Shown here: piece after piece, positions 50,047-61,874 of the stretch
Layout: every line of letters begins with the position of its first letter
Numbering within the stretch: the stretch's first letter is position 1
Assembly: GCA_031835245.2 (NCBI GenBank)
Contig: JAVKOQ020000015.1
Span: forward strand, 186,001-250,000
Reading direction: 5' to 3'
Source: Balamuthia mandrillaris
Lineage: Eukaryota
Length of the DNA stretch: 64,000 bases
Program-made: the position numbers and the translations under genes
Notes under the pieces: model-generated
What the model was told of the DNA's origin: nothing
Database searches by the model: none
What the model saw: only the letters and a program-made list of their open reading frames with translations

Positions 50047-50829
50047 ATGAGCTGGAACACAGTGATCGTTATCGTGGTGTTGGCCGGCTACTTTATCGGC
50101 ACAGGCTTGCTTAACCCAGCCAGCTTCTACCTCTTCCCTGCCTACTCCGAGCCGAACCTCTCCATCGCCCTCTTCATCGCCGCCTGCGGCTTCCTCCTTG
50201 TGGCCGCCGTCATCGACATCGTGGCCTTTGCCCACGCCAAGTGCGCCACCGCAAAGAGCTCCGACCCGCCACGAGACAAACGCTTCGGCGAGGAGAGGAG
50301 CCGCCTTTTGGAGGAGGCAGGGGCTTCTCCCGCCACGCGCGCCAAACCCGTCAACTTGGCGGTGGTGGAAAAGGTGGGGCTCCTGTTGGGCGGCCTCTTC
50401 TTCGAGGTGGCCTCCATCCTCTACTGGCCGAGCTTCACCACGCCCGACGGCATACCGGTGGCTCGCATCGGGACCTGGGTCTTCCGGACGGGCAGCTGCT
50501 GCTACCTCATGGGCTCCTTTGCCACCCTGCACGACCTCAGGCATTTTGCTCCCAGGGGAACGACCCTGGAGCGGTGGAACTTTGGCTTGGCGTTGGGGGC
50601 CACCTGGAGCTACATCGTGGGAGCCCTGCTGTACATCAGCGGCGGCGTTTTGAGCGAGGCCAAGGCGCCGCCGCTGTACTTTGCGTCCCTGTGGATGTGT
50701 GGCTCGGTGCTGTTCTTCCTGGGGACCTGCTTGTTGTGCGTGCAGTACGCGCTGTCCAAGTGCTGTGCCTCTGCTGCTACCTCCTCGGAGGAGCACCAAC
50801 GGCTGAAAGAGTACAGTAGTGTCCAGTGA
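50047..50829 (+). CDS. Multi-pass membrane protein with YrhK-like repeats
   Basis: Intronless, about 6 TM. Repeated pattern GGLFFEVASILYWP...GTWVFRTGS and GALLYISGGVL...LWMCGSVLF. Confidence 0.65.
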   Translation: MSWNTVIVIVVLAGYFIGTGLLNPASFYLFPAYSEPNLSIALFIAACGFLLVAAVIDIVAFAHAKCATAKSSDPPRDKRFGEERSRLLEEAGASPATRAKPVNLAVVEKVGLLLGGLFFEVASILYWPSFTTPDGIPVARIGTWVFRTGSCCYLMGSFATLHDLRHFAPRGTTLERWNFGLALGATWSYIVGALLYISGGVLSEAKAPPLYFASLWMCGSVLFFLGTCLLCVQYALSKCCASAATSSEEHQRLKEYSSVQ

Positions 50830-51059
50830 GTCTCGCTACTTTTTTTTTCTTCCCCTTCAGGTCGACCCAGTGAACAAACCACGTCGACCTGATAATAAAT
50901 CCAGGACGACATGAGAAATATACACGTCACTATGCCCATACAAGGAGAATGTGCCTCAAAATAGGACAGTGCATCCGTTGCTTGGCTGGAGACCACATCA
51001 TCCAGAGAGTGAAAAAAGAAACAAGAATAAACTCGAGAGGAGGGGCGGAGGAGGCCAGG

Positions 51060-53834
51060 ATGGAGGAAACCAGGATGCCTAGGGTTTCGGTGCAGCCGCT
51101 GGCAACGGCGGAGATGAACGGACGAAGGGTCGGCGGGGCGTTGTCCCCGACGGAGGAACGGCTGGTGATGAGGATCAAAGCGGAGGTGCTGAGGGACGTG
51201 AAACGGTGGATCGAACTACCGGAAGACAAAAGTAAGAAGGGGAAAGGCAGGGAGGACCTCAAAGGGTCTTCTGAAGGAGAGCCCAGCGGAGAAGAGGCTT
51301 TGGAACGTCTCGCCGAGCAGCTACAGATAAGCATATCCCGGGTGCGCAACGACTTGCTAACTTTAGACAAACATCTTAGACTTTCCTACGCTCTGGCTAG
51401 CCTTGAAGAAGCATTGAAAGCACAAGAACCGGAAGAACCAGCGCTCCTTTCGCCCTCGTCTCCTAACCATAGGGCGCATTCTCGTCAACCATACGACGCA
51501 CGCGGCTTTCCGTCTCCCTCTTCGGCGCCCCTAGCTTCCTCGAAACCAGTGCAACGCAAACAAAACCGACGATCCACTTCCATTGTTTCGTATTCTTCCT
51601 CTGCTGCTCTTTCCATTGATGGCTCTATCTCCCTTGGTTGGCATCCAAGGGTGGGACTAGATGTGATAGAGGAGCAACAACCTGAAAACAAACGCTTCAG
51701 CTCGTTGCCGACGATGCCAAGCCTGGTTGTGGACTCTCCTAACGCAGCAGATAATCGAAAGAACAGCACCAACAAAGCTGTCCACAACGGCGAAGGCAAG
51801 AAGGCAGAAGAGAAGGTAGGTCAAACAGAGCCAGGGGAGGATGTTCCAGAGGCAAATAACGAAGGAAAGGAACGTGACATGACGATCCATCTGAGATCGC
51901 TCGAGCAACAATCCCAAGAGCAACACGAACCAAGCCAAGATACCCATCTTTCTCTTTCGCCACTTTCGCGTCACCGCCTCACCTTATTCGAAGAAGTAGC
52001 GACGCCAAAGATGCAAAATGAGCTTGACATGATGAGGGTCAACGTCGGCGGCATCAACTTTGAGACCCGCACCATGACCCTGAGGAAACATCCCACCACA
52101 AAGCTGGCCAAGCTGGCTGCCACTAGGAATAGCTGCTACAACCAACAGAATGGACAAGAGGAGTTCACTCTCTTCTTTGACCGTAACACTAGAGCATTCG
52201 AGCACATCCTGGAGTGGTATCGTTCGGACGTGTTGGCGGCGCCTCCGCTGATGGCTGCGGAGGTGTGGCAAAGGGAACTATCCTTTTGGGAAGTGCCTGA
52301 CGCTGTGGCCACTCCTTCTTTGCAAGCATTGCTTGCTGCTGCTTCGCCATCAAATTTGGCTTCTTCACCGACTCCACATCACGCACGAAGAGAGAATCCC
52401 GCATCTGAGTTGTCATCTTCCTCTTCCTCTTCCTCTTCTTCAGGATCTGCAACCACGACACCGCAAAAGCGTAGAAGGAGTAGAACTACCTCTTCTGTGC
52501 CCCGTCCGGCTTCTTGTTCTTTTAGCGCCCCGATAGTAGAAGCACCACCAACATCACCGTCATCACCTTCTTCAGCTACTTCCTCTTTTCTTCCGTCGCG
52601 AAGTGCTTCTGTCGGTGATACTATCGACACCAACAAAGATAGCCAGAAAGAAGAGCGACTAGTTATCTTGAATAGCAGGAAACCCCGAAGAAGAACTGTT
52701 GAACTTGCCACGGGACTCTCTCAAGGGAAAAACCTGGACTTTGCCGCGTTGAGCTTTGCCTCGCAGTCTCCTTCTTTAGATCATGTTCGCGGCCGCTCTC
52801 GAGGCCTCTCAGAGAGTTATGCTTCAAGGCGTGAAGCCACCATCAACTTGCAAACCAAGTCTTTTTCTTCGGAGATAACGACGTTAACATCTCCTTTTTT
52901 CCTATCGGAAGAAGTTAACAAGAGCAACGAACCAGATCATTCTAAGAGCAGCAGAAGCGGTAGAGCATCTTCTTTGGAGGCAGACTCTCAGCTCCGAAGC
53001 AAGGAAGAAGCAAAAGATAAGAGAAAGGACGTTGAAGTTACAAAAGAAGACGAAAATACTGCATTATCTCTCAAAGACGAACCAGCACCACAGAAAGGCA
53101 TCAAACTCAAACGAAGAGGACTTACCCCAAGCCCACCTTCTTCTCGAGCTAGAGACTCGCGAAAGACTGAAAGTTTACCGTCTTCTCCTCTCTCTGCCAA
53201 GCGGTCATCATCACACAAGAGATCGTCTCATACGGAGAATGGACAAAGGTCAACGACTTCGGCATCTTCTTCGTCGTCTGGGCTTGTTCTCTCTTCAATG
53301 GCTACTGCGTTGGATGGGAGAGGGAGAAGCAGTCACACTTCGGCAAGTCGAATGCATAATTCTGCATCGGCTAACCCTCCTACTCCAAACACCAAGGAAG
53401 GAGACACCATCCACCAAAGAAAGAGCAGAAGTCATCGCCATCGCAGCAAAAGCAGAGAAAGAAGAAAGCGTTTATCGTTGCAAGTTCCTGATTCGGAGTT
53501 AGTGAGAGACAAAGTTGGAACGAACAACAAAGGATCATCTACAGCCACGTCAACGCCGAGCTTAACCTCTGCTAGAGAGGAGAAGCAACGACGGAGGAAG
53601 AGCGTGGGCGCTCCCACAAAGATGCAGGAAGTTTCAGGAATGGAGTGGGAGGAAAAGGGAAGAAACAAGGAACGCGAAGACCCGGAAGAGCGGAAAGAGA
53701 AACAAAAGAGCAGCAAGGCGAAGAAAAAAGGAGAGGAGAGGAGCGGCCGAAAGGAGAAACGAAGGAGTAGAGTCATGCAAGAGGGAAGCCCTTCCAGAAA
53801 ACCGTCCGACAGCGGAGTGTCACGGCGTGTATAG
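51060..53834 (+). CDS. KCTD/T1-type BTB-POZ domain protein in a long disordered Ser-rich scaffold
   Basis: VNVGGINFETRTMTL...FFDRNTRAFEHILEWYR...WQRELSFWEV. Single large ORF, open from 50949. Confidence 0.82.
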   Translation: MEETRMPRVSVQPLATAEMNGRRVGGALSPTEERLVMRIKAEVLRDVKRWIELPEDKSKKGKGREDLKGSSEGEPSGEEALERLAEQLQISISRVRNDLLTLDKHLRLSYALASLEEALKAQEPEEPALLSPSSPNHRAHSRQPYDARGFPSPSSAPLASSKPVQRKQNRRSTSIVSYSSSAALSIDGSISLGWHPRVGLDVIEEQQPENKRFSSLPTMPSLVVDSPNAADNRKNSTNKAVHNGEGKKAEEKVGQTEPGEDVPEANNEGKERDMTIHLRSLEQQSQEQHEPSQDTHLSLSPLSRHRLTLFEEVATPKMQNELDMMRVNVGGINFETRTMTLRKHPTTKLAKLAATRNSCYNQQNGQEEFTLFFDRNTRAFEHILEWYRSDVLAAPPLMAAEVWQRELSFWEVPDAVATPSLQALLAAASPSNLASSPTPHHARRENPASELSSSSSSSSSSGSATTTPQKRRRSRTTSSVPRPASCSFSAPIVEAPPTSPSSPSSATSSFLPSRSASVGDTIDTNKDSQKEERLVILNSRKPRRRTVELATGLSQGKNLDFAALSFASQSPSLDHVRGRSRGLSESYASRREATINLQTKSFSSEITTLTSPFFLSEEVNKSNEPDHSKSSRSGRASSLEADSQLRSKEEAKDKRKDVEVTKEDENTALSLKDEPAPQKGIKLKRRGLTPSPPSSRARDSRKTESLPSSPLSAKRSSSHKRSSHTENGQRSTTSASSSSSGLVLSSMATALDGRGRSSHTSASRMHNSASANPPTPNTKEGDTIHQRKSRSHRHRSKSRERRKRLSLQVPDSELVRDKVGTNNKGSSTATSTPSLTSAREEKQRRRKSVGAPTKMQEVSGMEWEEKGRNKEREDPEERKEKQKSSKAKKKGEERSGRKEKRRSRVMQEGSPSRKPSDSGVSRRV

Positions 53835-54062
53835 AACGACCACTTGCTAGTGGGGTTTCTGTTTGGTTTGATGCGTGTGGTGGAAGAAATTGTTAATACA
53901 TTCATCCAACTGGAAATCAAGTGACAGCCATGGCTGTGAGCCCACTCCACAATCCCAAGCTGCTTGTGAAGATCTGCTGTGTGCAGCACATGTCTCCTTG
54001 TCCCAAAGGGCATCCCTTTTCATTGAGCGTTCAAAACGTAAAGCTTGGCGATAACACTTTCT

Positions 54063-55730
54063 TCAGCTCTGGCTTTGGTCGTCCTCGTCTTCTCTTTGCT
54101 CCGTTGTTGCGGGTATGATTGGCTTGATGTTCTCCTCCACCCACGACCGCATGGCTTGGCTGGGCTTGCCGCTCCTCTCGACTATCTCCACAATCTCCTC
54201 CGCGTTAATAGGACATCCATTCTGCCAAGCCCACGCCAACGCCTCCAGTTGTCCGTATTGCGCTGCGGTGGTGCAGGTCTGCTCGTCCCAATCACAGCCG
54301 TTTTCTCTGGCCCACTGCAACACGCTGAGGTGTCCTCTCTCTGCCGCAAAGGTGCAGGTATCCTCCGTCCACTCGCAGCCGTTCTCTCTGGCCCATTGCA
54401 ACACCTCCAAGTGGCCGCCCAAGGCAGCCGAGGAGCATGTGTCCGCGTTCCACTCGCACCCTTTCTCCCTGAGCCACTTAAGCATGTCCAAACGTCCCTT
54501 CTCGGCTGCAGCGCTCATGGTCATGCCGTTGCAGGGGCAGCCATTCTCATAGAGCCACTTGAGGATCTCCCAGTTGCCTCGGGCAGCAGCATAGCCGCTG
54601 GTCTCGCCATCCCAAGAACATCCTTCTTGGGACTTCTTGATCCATTGCAACATCTCCAAATGTCCGTTCTTGACGGCCAGGTCGCATACCTCTGCATCGT
54701 CGCAAGGGCATCCATTCTCCACCGCCCATTTCAGCACCTCCAGCTGACCGTTGGCCGCTGCCTCCTCGCACAGCGCAGGGGGCCAAGAGGGCAAAGGGCA
54801 CCCATGTTGGAGAGCCCATTGCAACACGGTCAAGTGACCATTAGCGGCAGCTGCCTGGGTGGTATAGTGGTCCCAAGGACATCCGTTTTCATGAGCCCAT
54901 TTGAGGGTCGGCAAATGACCTCCTGCGGCGGCTGCTCGGCAGACATCTTCGTTCCAGGGGCACTGGTTGGCACGCAGCCACTGCAGCATCTCCAGCTGGC
55001 CACGCCAGGCCGCAAACATGGCGGTGGAGCAGCCAACCGGCAGGCCCTTCTCTTTGGATAACCACATGAGCGCCTCCAAGTGGCCGTTCTGCGCTGCAAT
55101 GTCGCAAGGAACGGGGTCATCCTCATAGAGAAGGCCTTCCTCCCAAACGTACTGCAGCACCTCTAACTGACCTTGAGTTGCCGCCAAGTTGCCGGCGAAA
55201 ATGTTCAGAGCGTAGCCCTCCTCCAAAGCCCATTGCAAGAGCTCCAACCGGCCAAAGAGGAGCAGTGCGTGGAATTGGTGGCGGAGGCGCGGAGGACAAC
55301 AGGCAAACCAGCGGCGACAGGTTCGAGCGGCCACCGGCACGTGAGCCTCGGGCAAAAAGTCGTAGATGCGGCACAGTATTTCTGCGGGGATGAGCTCTGC
55401 GATCCAAGAAACGGTAACGCCGTCATCACTGCCGTCACTTTTGCTGTCGCCATCAACGTCCTCAGAAGCAGCTGCAACAGAATAAGAAGGAGGAGGAGAA
55501 GAAGAAGAAGGAGAAGAAGCAGCAGCAGCAGAAGAAGAACAAGAAGAAAGAGGTAACAGCGGCGGCGCTGTTTTTTGTCGTTTGTGTACGATTGCCTCCT
55601 TCACCTCCTCGCCGTCGTTTTGTTGTTGGGTAGGGGCATGGACGACATCATCACCTCTTCCTTCCTGCTTTCCTCCTCCTTCCTCTTCTTTCGTGCCGGC
55701 GGCAAGGGCTTCTTCTCGCTGCCGTTTCAT
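54063..55730 (-). CDS. F-box plus ankyrin-repeat protein (GCPWD-type repeats)
   Basis: F-box IPAEILCRIYDFL...AARTCRRW followed by about 11 repeats of the form GCxWDxxTCxxAAxxGHLExLQWAxxNG. Intronless. Confidence 0.9.
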   Translation of the reverse strand: MKRQREEALAAGTKEEEGGGKQEGRGDDVVHAPTQQQNDGEEVKEAIVHKRQKTAPPLLPLSSCSSSAAAASSPSSSSPPPSYSVAAASEDVDGDSKSDGSDDGVTVSWIAELIPAEILCRIYDFLPEAHVPVAARTCRRWFACCPPRLRHQFHALLLFGRLELLQWALEEGYALNIFAGNLAATQGQLEVLQYVWEEGLLYEDDPVPCDIAAQNGHLEALMWLSKEKGLPVGCSTAMFAAWRGQLEMLQWLRANQCPWNEDVCRAAAAGGHLPTLKWAHENGCPWDHYTTQAAAANGHLTVLQWALQHGCPLPSWPPALCEEAAANGQLEVLKWAVENGCPCDDAEVCDLAVKNGHLEMLQWIKKSQEGCSWDGETSGYAAARGNWEILKWLYENGCPCNGMTMSAAAEKGRLDMLKWLREKGCEWNADTCSSAALGGHLEVLQWARENGCEWTEDTCTFAAERGHLSVLQWARENGCDWDEQTCTTAAQYGQLEALAWAWQNGCPINAEEIVEIVERSGKPSQAMRSWVEENIKPIIPATTEQREDEDDQSQS

Positions 55731-55910
55731 TCCTTTCTTTTTCTTTTTCTTTTTTTTGTTGAATTCCGTTTTGGCGGGAAAATATGTCTACAAAAATTCC
55801 TCGGTTCGACTCTCATCACAAACACAATTCTTTTCCGATTTTCATTGTTTGATTTTTGATTGGACGAAATTCAATACTAACGAAAATAAAAATAAAAGAA
55901 AGAGAGGGAG

Positions 55911-58783
55911 ATGTTCTTGTCCGAGTATCTTCCCCTGCGGCGAAGGGGCAACGGAGAGGCCCCGACAGCCGCCTCCCCTCTTCCCGCTGGCAGTGCTGGT
56001 GGACAGCAACCAACAACAACACCGCCACAACAACAACAATCCTCTTTCTTCGCTTTTCTGCCCTCTTTCTTTGGCTCTTCTTCTCCTTCTGCATCTTCTT
56101 CTTCTTCTTCTCCTCCTCCTCCTCTTTCTTCTTCTTCTCTTTCCTCCTCCTCCTCTGCCTCCACCTCTTCCGCTTCTGCTCTTCCTCTCTCTATCGCGAC
56201 CCCCTCGGCTCCGCCTTTAGGAGAAGTCTCCCTCACCTCCTCGTGCTCTCCCTCTCGCACCAAGCTCACCCGCTCTCGCCCGAGCATCGACTGCCCCATT
56301 TGCTTCGACCCCATCCGTGACCCACGCATCCTAAAGAACTGCGGCCACACTTTTTGCTTCGACTGTCTTCGCCTCGTTAATTTCAGAGACAGGCCGGAAG
56401 GTTGGTTTCTTCTCTTCTATTCTCTTCTCTTCTCTCATTCTCTGCTACTCTCATTCTCTCATTCTCTCTTCTCTCTCTCATTCTCTCATTCTCTCATTCT
56501 CTCACTCTCTCATTCTCTCACTCTCTCACTCTCTCACTCTCTCATTCTCTCATTCTCTCATTCTCTCATTCTCTCATTCTCTCATTCTCTCATTCTCTCA
56601 TTCTCTCTTCCCTCTTCCCTCTTCATTCCTCTTGTTTCTCAACAAAGCAATACATGAACAACAAATAAAAAGGTTGGCAGGAGACAGTAGGAGATGGTTT
56701 GGCTATAGCCTGTCCGTTGTGCCGCGTGGTCACTCACATACGAAGTGCCGCAGACTTGACCAAGAACTGGTCCTTCTTAGAGTTAATGAACGGTACACAA
56801 CTTTCACTCTATCTTTGCTGTCGTGCTATCGTTTCTTGTTGTTGATATGAGTACTTTTGTTTTGGTTAAAGATCGAAGTTTGGTCAAATGGAGCGAAGAG
56901 GACGATGAAGAAGACGAAGACGAGCAAGTCCATAACAACAACGACAAACACCAAAGGCGGAAACAAAAGGAAAAAGAAAAAGAAAAAGTACTCATCGACG
57001 AGGAAGAGAATGAGGACAGCGAGGAAGATGAAGAGAGTGTTCTGCCCTCCAAAGACAGCAGTAATTATCACAGACTTCAAACGGAAGAAGAGATTGACAG
57101 TTTCTGCGAGTTTTTGAACAACTCTGCCTCTTCTCTGCCTCATCGACTGTTAGCAGAATACGAGAAGAGACGCGGCGGCGATGGCAAAGTAACTTTCTTG
57201 TTGGTCGGTCTTACTGGCCATGGAAAGAGCTCTTTGATTAACTTGCTGTTTGGAAAACTTGTTGCTGCTAGAGGAAGTACACAAGTATGCATGTTTCTTC
57301 TTCTTTCTCTTGTTCCTTTCTCCTTTCTTCTTTCTTCTTTCTTCATCAACTAACGAACCAAAAAAGACATCAACAACAAAGGAAGTGGCGTTATATCAAC
57401 ACCCAACAGTGGATGGATTGTTCTTCATCGACACGCCTGGTTTGTTCGACTCTCGTGGTGAGCGTGTTGACGCTGAGAATGAGAGCAAGATCATGCGTTT
57501 CCTTCAAAACTCTCACTGCAAACCGGATTGTACGTTTTTTTCTTACCTCCTTCTCCTTCTATGCTTCCTGTTCTCCCTTTGAGTTTCATTTGATTAAAAC
57601 GAAAACACAACACACATGAAAGGCATCATATTGGTCTGCAAATTTTCAGATACACAAAGCGGAGCTATGCAGCGAGCGGTACAATTCGTGCAACAAGTGC
57701 GAAGGATGTATGGCTCCCAAGTCATTGTAGTTGCCACTTATGCCAACACAAAGACTCTTGGCCACTTGGCAAGCTGTGAGGAACAGTATCAGCGTCTTCG
57801 TGCTCAAGGTTCTTTCTACTATCTTTTCACTCTTCCTCAGTTTCTCTCTCCTTCTGACTTTACAATCGTTCGTAGGAAGGAAAAAAGAAGCAATCCTTTG
57901 TCGATGGAATGCATGGAAAGACGCCAAGATAAGTTGGCTCCAAAACGAACTCTCCAAAGATGGAGCGCAAGACAAAGAAGAGCAGGAAGAAGGAGCAGAT
58001 GAACACGACCAAGACCTTAACGCCGCTGAATTGGAGAGCAAAGAGCGTTGTTGGATGAGTCCTGAAGAAATGAAACGCGAGCTCGAATCGGCTCTGCAAA
58101 AACAAACACAAGAACAGCACCAAAACAAGAGCAACAAGGAGAAGAAACATCCTGTTCGCGTGGTGATGATCGACAACGATGAGTTATGCAAAACGAACGC
58201 CTCAGGAGAGAGAGTCTTGTTGAATGGAGAGCCTTGGATACCTCCTTTAGTGGAAGTCATTTTGGAGGTGAAAGCGTCGGCCACGTCTCGCGTTGCGGAG
58301 GGCATGCTCCAAAACATGTCGGCTGATGAGGAGGTCAAGAAAGCTGCTGGCTTTGGCGTCGCTAATCAGCTCAAAAGTATGTCTCCCTTGTCATTTCCTC
58401 TCTTCCTTCTTTCCTTCTCCATTTCATTCTTTTGTTCGCTCTTTCTGTTTCTCACGTTGCTTGTTTTCGTTGTTGCAGCATTGATGAAAGTGGCGTCCAT
58501 CTCCGGAACAACAGGTGGAGCTATTGTCATCTACGGCACTATGGCGGCCACCGAGGGAAGTGTGGCTGCCAGCACGTTGGTCAGCGCAGGCGTTGCTGGA
58601 GCCACACTTGCCTCCATCCCCGTCATCGTGTTGGGCACTGCTGGCGTTCTTGTCACCGCAGGCCTTTATAACCTTTACACAGCCGTCAAGTCCTCTTCCT
58701 CTCGTTCTTCTTCTTCCTCCTCCTCCTCTCGTTCTTCTTCTTCTTGTTCTTCTTCTTCTTGTTCTTCTTCTTCTTCTTGTTCT

Positions 58784-58816
<33 letters not shown>

Positions 58817-58828
58817 AACAGACTTTGA
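55911..58828 (+). CDS. RING finger plus AIG1/Toc34-like P-loop GTPase with C-terminal Gly/Ala-rich membrane segments
   Basis: [25 protein letters not shown]...ACPLCR; G1 [16 protein letters not shown]2 STT, G3 IDTPG, G4-like VATYAN; hydrophobic tail [24 protein letters not shown]. Confidence 0.82.
56435..56605. repeat. (CATTCTCT)n 8-mer tandem repeat in an intron
   Basis: Direct observation. Confidence 0.85.
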
Positions 58829-58869
58829 TGTATCTTTGTTTTTGTAAATGCATTGTTATTGTTGAAGAG

Positions 58870-59209
58870 TTAACTTTTTTGGACGTTGGTGTTGTCCAGA
58901 AGGAACCGCTGCATGTCGATCAACTCTTGGTCGCAGCAGGAGTGGCCGAGCCCTTCGTAGGTGCGGAACGTGCCGTTGACGCCCGCTTTCTTCAATTGGG
59001 CAAAGCTCTGTTGGCCCCACTCATACAGTACCACTTCATCTGCTCATTGTCGCATGTGAGAAGAGCGAGAGAGAGAGAGAGAGAGACGAAAAGAAAAGGG
59101 TACCTTCGAGGCCATGGCACATCAACAAAGGTATCTCTTTGCTTCGTCCAACAACCATCTAGGCAGCAATGTTAAACGGAAGGAAAAGAGGGAGGGATAA
59201 AGCAGAGAT

Positions 59210-59248
<39 letters not shown>

Positions 59249-60539
59249 TACTTGAGCGCATTGCGAAGCAAAAGGAAGGTATCCGCTAAGAGCGATGACG
59301 CCACCCAGCCGATACTTGCCGCAATAGTAGGCTGTGTGCAAAGCGCTGGCCGCTCCTTGGGAGAAGCCTCCCAGAAAGATGTTTTGTTCTGTCAGCGGTT
59401 GCTGCTGTTGCTGTGTTGGGTTACCGCCGCCATTCCCCTGCTCCAGTTCTTTCTCCACCAGACCCAACACTGTGGAGCGTTTAGTGCGTGAGAGAAGGAA
59501 GCAGAGCAGCAGAGATGAGAAAGGAGGAGGAGGAGGAGGAGAAGGAGAAGGAGAAGGAGAAGGAGAAGGAGAAGGAGAAGGAGAAGGAGAAGGAGAAGGA
59601 GAAGGAGAAGGAGAAGGAGAAGGAGAAGGAGAAGGAGAAGGAGAAGGAGAAGGAGAAGGAGAAGGAGAAGGAGAAGGAGAAGAGAAGGAGAAGGAGAAGG
59701 AGAAGGAGAAGGAGAAGGAGAAGGAGAAGGAGAAGGAGAAGGAGGAAGGAGAAGGAGAAGGAGAAGGAGAAGGAGAAGGGAGAAGGAGAAGGAGAAGGAG
59801 AAGAGAAGGAGAAGGAGAAGGAGAAGGAGAAGAGGAGAAGGAGAAGGAGAAGGAGAAGGAGAAGGAGAAGGAGAAGGAGAAGGAGAAGGAGAAGGAGAAG
59901 GAGAAGGAGAAAAGGAAGGGAAGGAGATGGAAAGGGAGAAGGAAGGAAGTAGGGAGAAGGGAGAAGGAGAAAAGGAAAAGGGGAAGGAGAAGGAAAGGAA
60001 GAAGGAAGAAGGGAGAAGGGAGACGGACAAGGAGCAAAAGATAAGTAAACGATACGAACCAAACTCTTTTGTCTGAGAAAGGCCTTCGTAGTCCTCCAGA
60101 TCTTGTCGATCGCCGGAGAGGTCCTTGATGTCGTACCAACCCGGCATACGCATCCCGCCATTGAGGGTGATCGGCCTTACGGGTCTATTTTTTTTTTTTT
60201 GGAGTGTGTTTTGTCGATCAGCTCCTATGGATTGGAGTGCACCGATGAGATGGGAGGAGAAAAATTTTACGCTGTGGGCAACACGATCCGAAAGTGTTGA
60301 AGTTGACGGGAGAGGTAGTACAAAGGGTCGAACCAGCCTTGCCCGGTGTCCCCCAACCCATGCAGAAAGATCAGGGTGGCTCGGTGGTCCGCTGCCGACG
60401 GGATCGTCAAGATCGTCGACGACGACGACGCTGAGGAAGAATGCCTCCTCCTTCCAGCGGAAGAGCGGAGACAGAACGACCCTCTGCTCGTCCTCACGTG
60501 CTGGGTGGACGAGGCAGCCGCTCTCCGAAAACCATTCAT
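58870..60539 (-). CDS. Acyl-protein thioesterase / lysophospholipase (LYPLA1/2 family)
   Basis: LIFLHGLGDTGQGW, PVRPITLNGGMRMPGWYDI, GGFSQGAA (GxSxG), CHGLED, YEGLGHS. Confidence 0.92.
59520..59910. repeat. (GGAGAA)n hexamer repeat in an intron
   Basis: Direct observation, about 390 bp. Confidence 0.92.
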
Positions 60540-60719
60540 CCTTCGCTGTCTTTCTGTTTTTTCTTTTTCTTTTCTCCCTTCTTTCCTTTGCCTTTTGCGC
60601 TATAGTACTCTTATAGCGCGCGCTCTCTCTCTTCTTCTTCTTCTTCTTCTGTGGGAGACAAGCCACGTCGACACCACTTCAGCCACTCTCACTCCCCATG
60701 TGCTTGCACGGAGGAGCTG

Positions 60720-60887
60720 CTACTTCTCTTGGTGTGCCGCCTCCGCCTCCTCCTCCGGCACACCAAAGAGGAAAGGGTGTTGCTGAGCAAGGCGGCCGAC
60801 CTGTTCGAAGAACTCTGCATCATGTCGCCAATGGTTGCACCCTATTTATATCATGTTGGTAACGCAACAGAGAGCAGAGAGCAGAGA

Positions 60888-60926
<39 letters not shown>

Positions 60927-61316
60927 ACAGGAGAAAGCGTTACCTTCAAGCAAGTGAGTGAACTCATGAAGCATCAGCCACAATAAATGCTCCTCCTTCT
61001 TGCCGTTGCAGTAACGTTCGACGAAAGCCTGTTCCTGCTCGTAGGCTGACTGGGAACCGTCCGTCAATCCAACTTCCAGCGCTTCCGTGAAGAATGTGAT
61101 GTAGCCCGTCATCACCGATGTTTCTGCAAACACAAACTCTCTTTCGCCTACATTCATTGTCAGCTCTGTTCAGTTCTTTCTTCTCACTCTGTCTCTGTCT
61201 CTGTCTCTGTCTCTGTCTCTGTCTCTGTCTCTGTCTCTGTCTCTGTCTCTGTCTCTGTCTCTGTCTCTGTCTCTGTCTCTGTCTCTGTCTCTGTCTCTGT
61301 CTCTGTCTCCGTCTTC

Positions 61317-61375
<59 letters not shown>

Positions 61376-61813
61376 TTTGAAGAGATACTTGGTTACCTGT
61401 GGGCCGTTTGCTGAATGCCAAACGCACGTTCTTGCTGCCTACCAGCAACCTCTTCGAGTCGCCGTGCCTCCATAACAAAAAGTCCAACAGGTCCTGCAGG
61501 ATGGGTTTGTACAGCTCTCCTCTCAGCCTGTTAAGGGACGTGGTCAGAACACTCTATGTGCCAAGGCAGGAGGAGGAGGAGGAGGAAGGAGAACGAGTGC
61601 CTCTCGTGTTGGCGGCTCTGTTCTTTGAAGCGCTCGAGCCTTCGCAGAAATGCGGTCATATCTTCCCTCTTGGCTGCAAACCTGAGGCTTCGTGGCTTCC
61701 GTGTTACGTTCGTGGGAGCGGAAGCGCCGCCACAGTACCTTGCGAGATGCCCACACTCGCCACACGAGTTACACCGTTTGTCCTTCCTGTCGATAAGCTT
61801 TTCGTTGAGCGGA

Positions 61814-61874
<61 letters not shown>

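Noticed and set aside
56435..56605. Tandem repeats as a possible CRISPR array
   Set aside because: No unique spacers; simple intronic satellite in a eukaryote.
59334..60666. Long ORFs of GE/KE/PS/L repeats
   Set aside because: These are translations of the intronic (GGAGAA)n repeat, not proteins.
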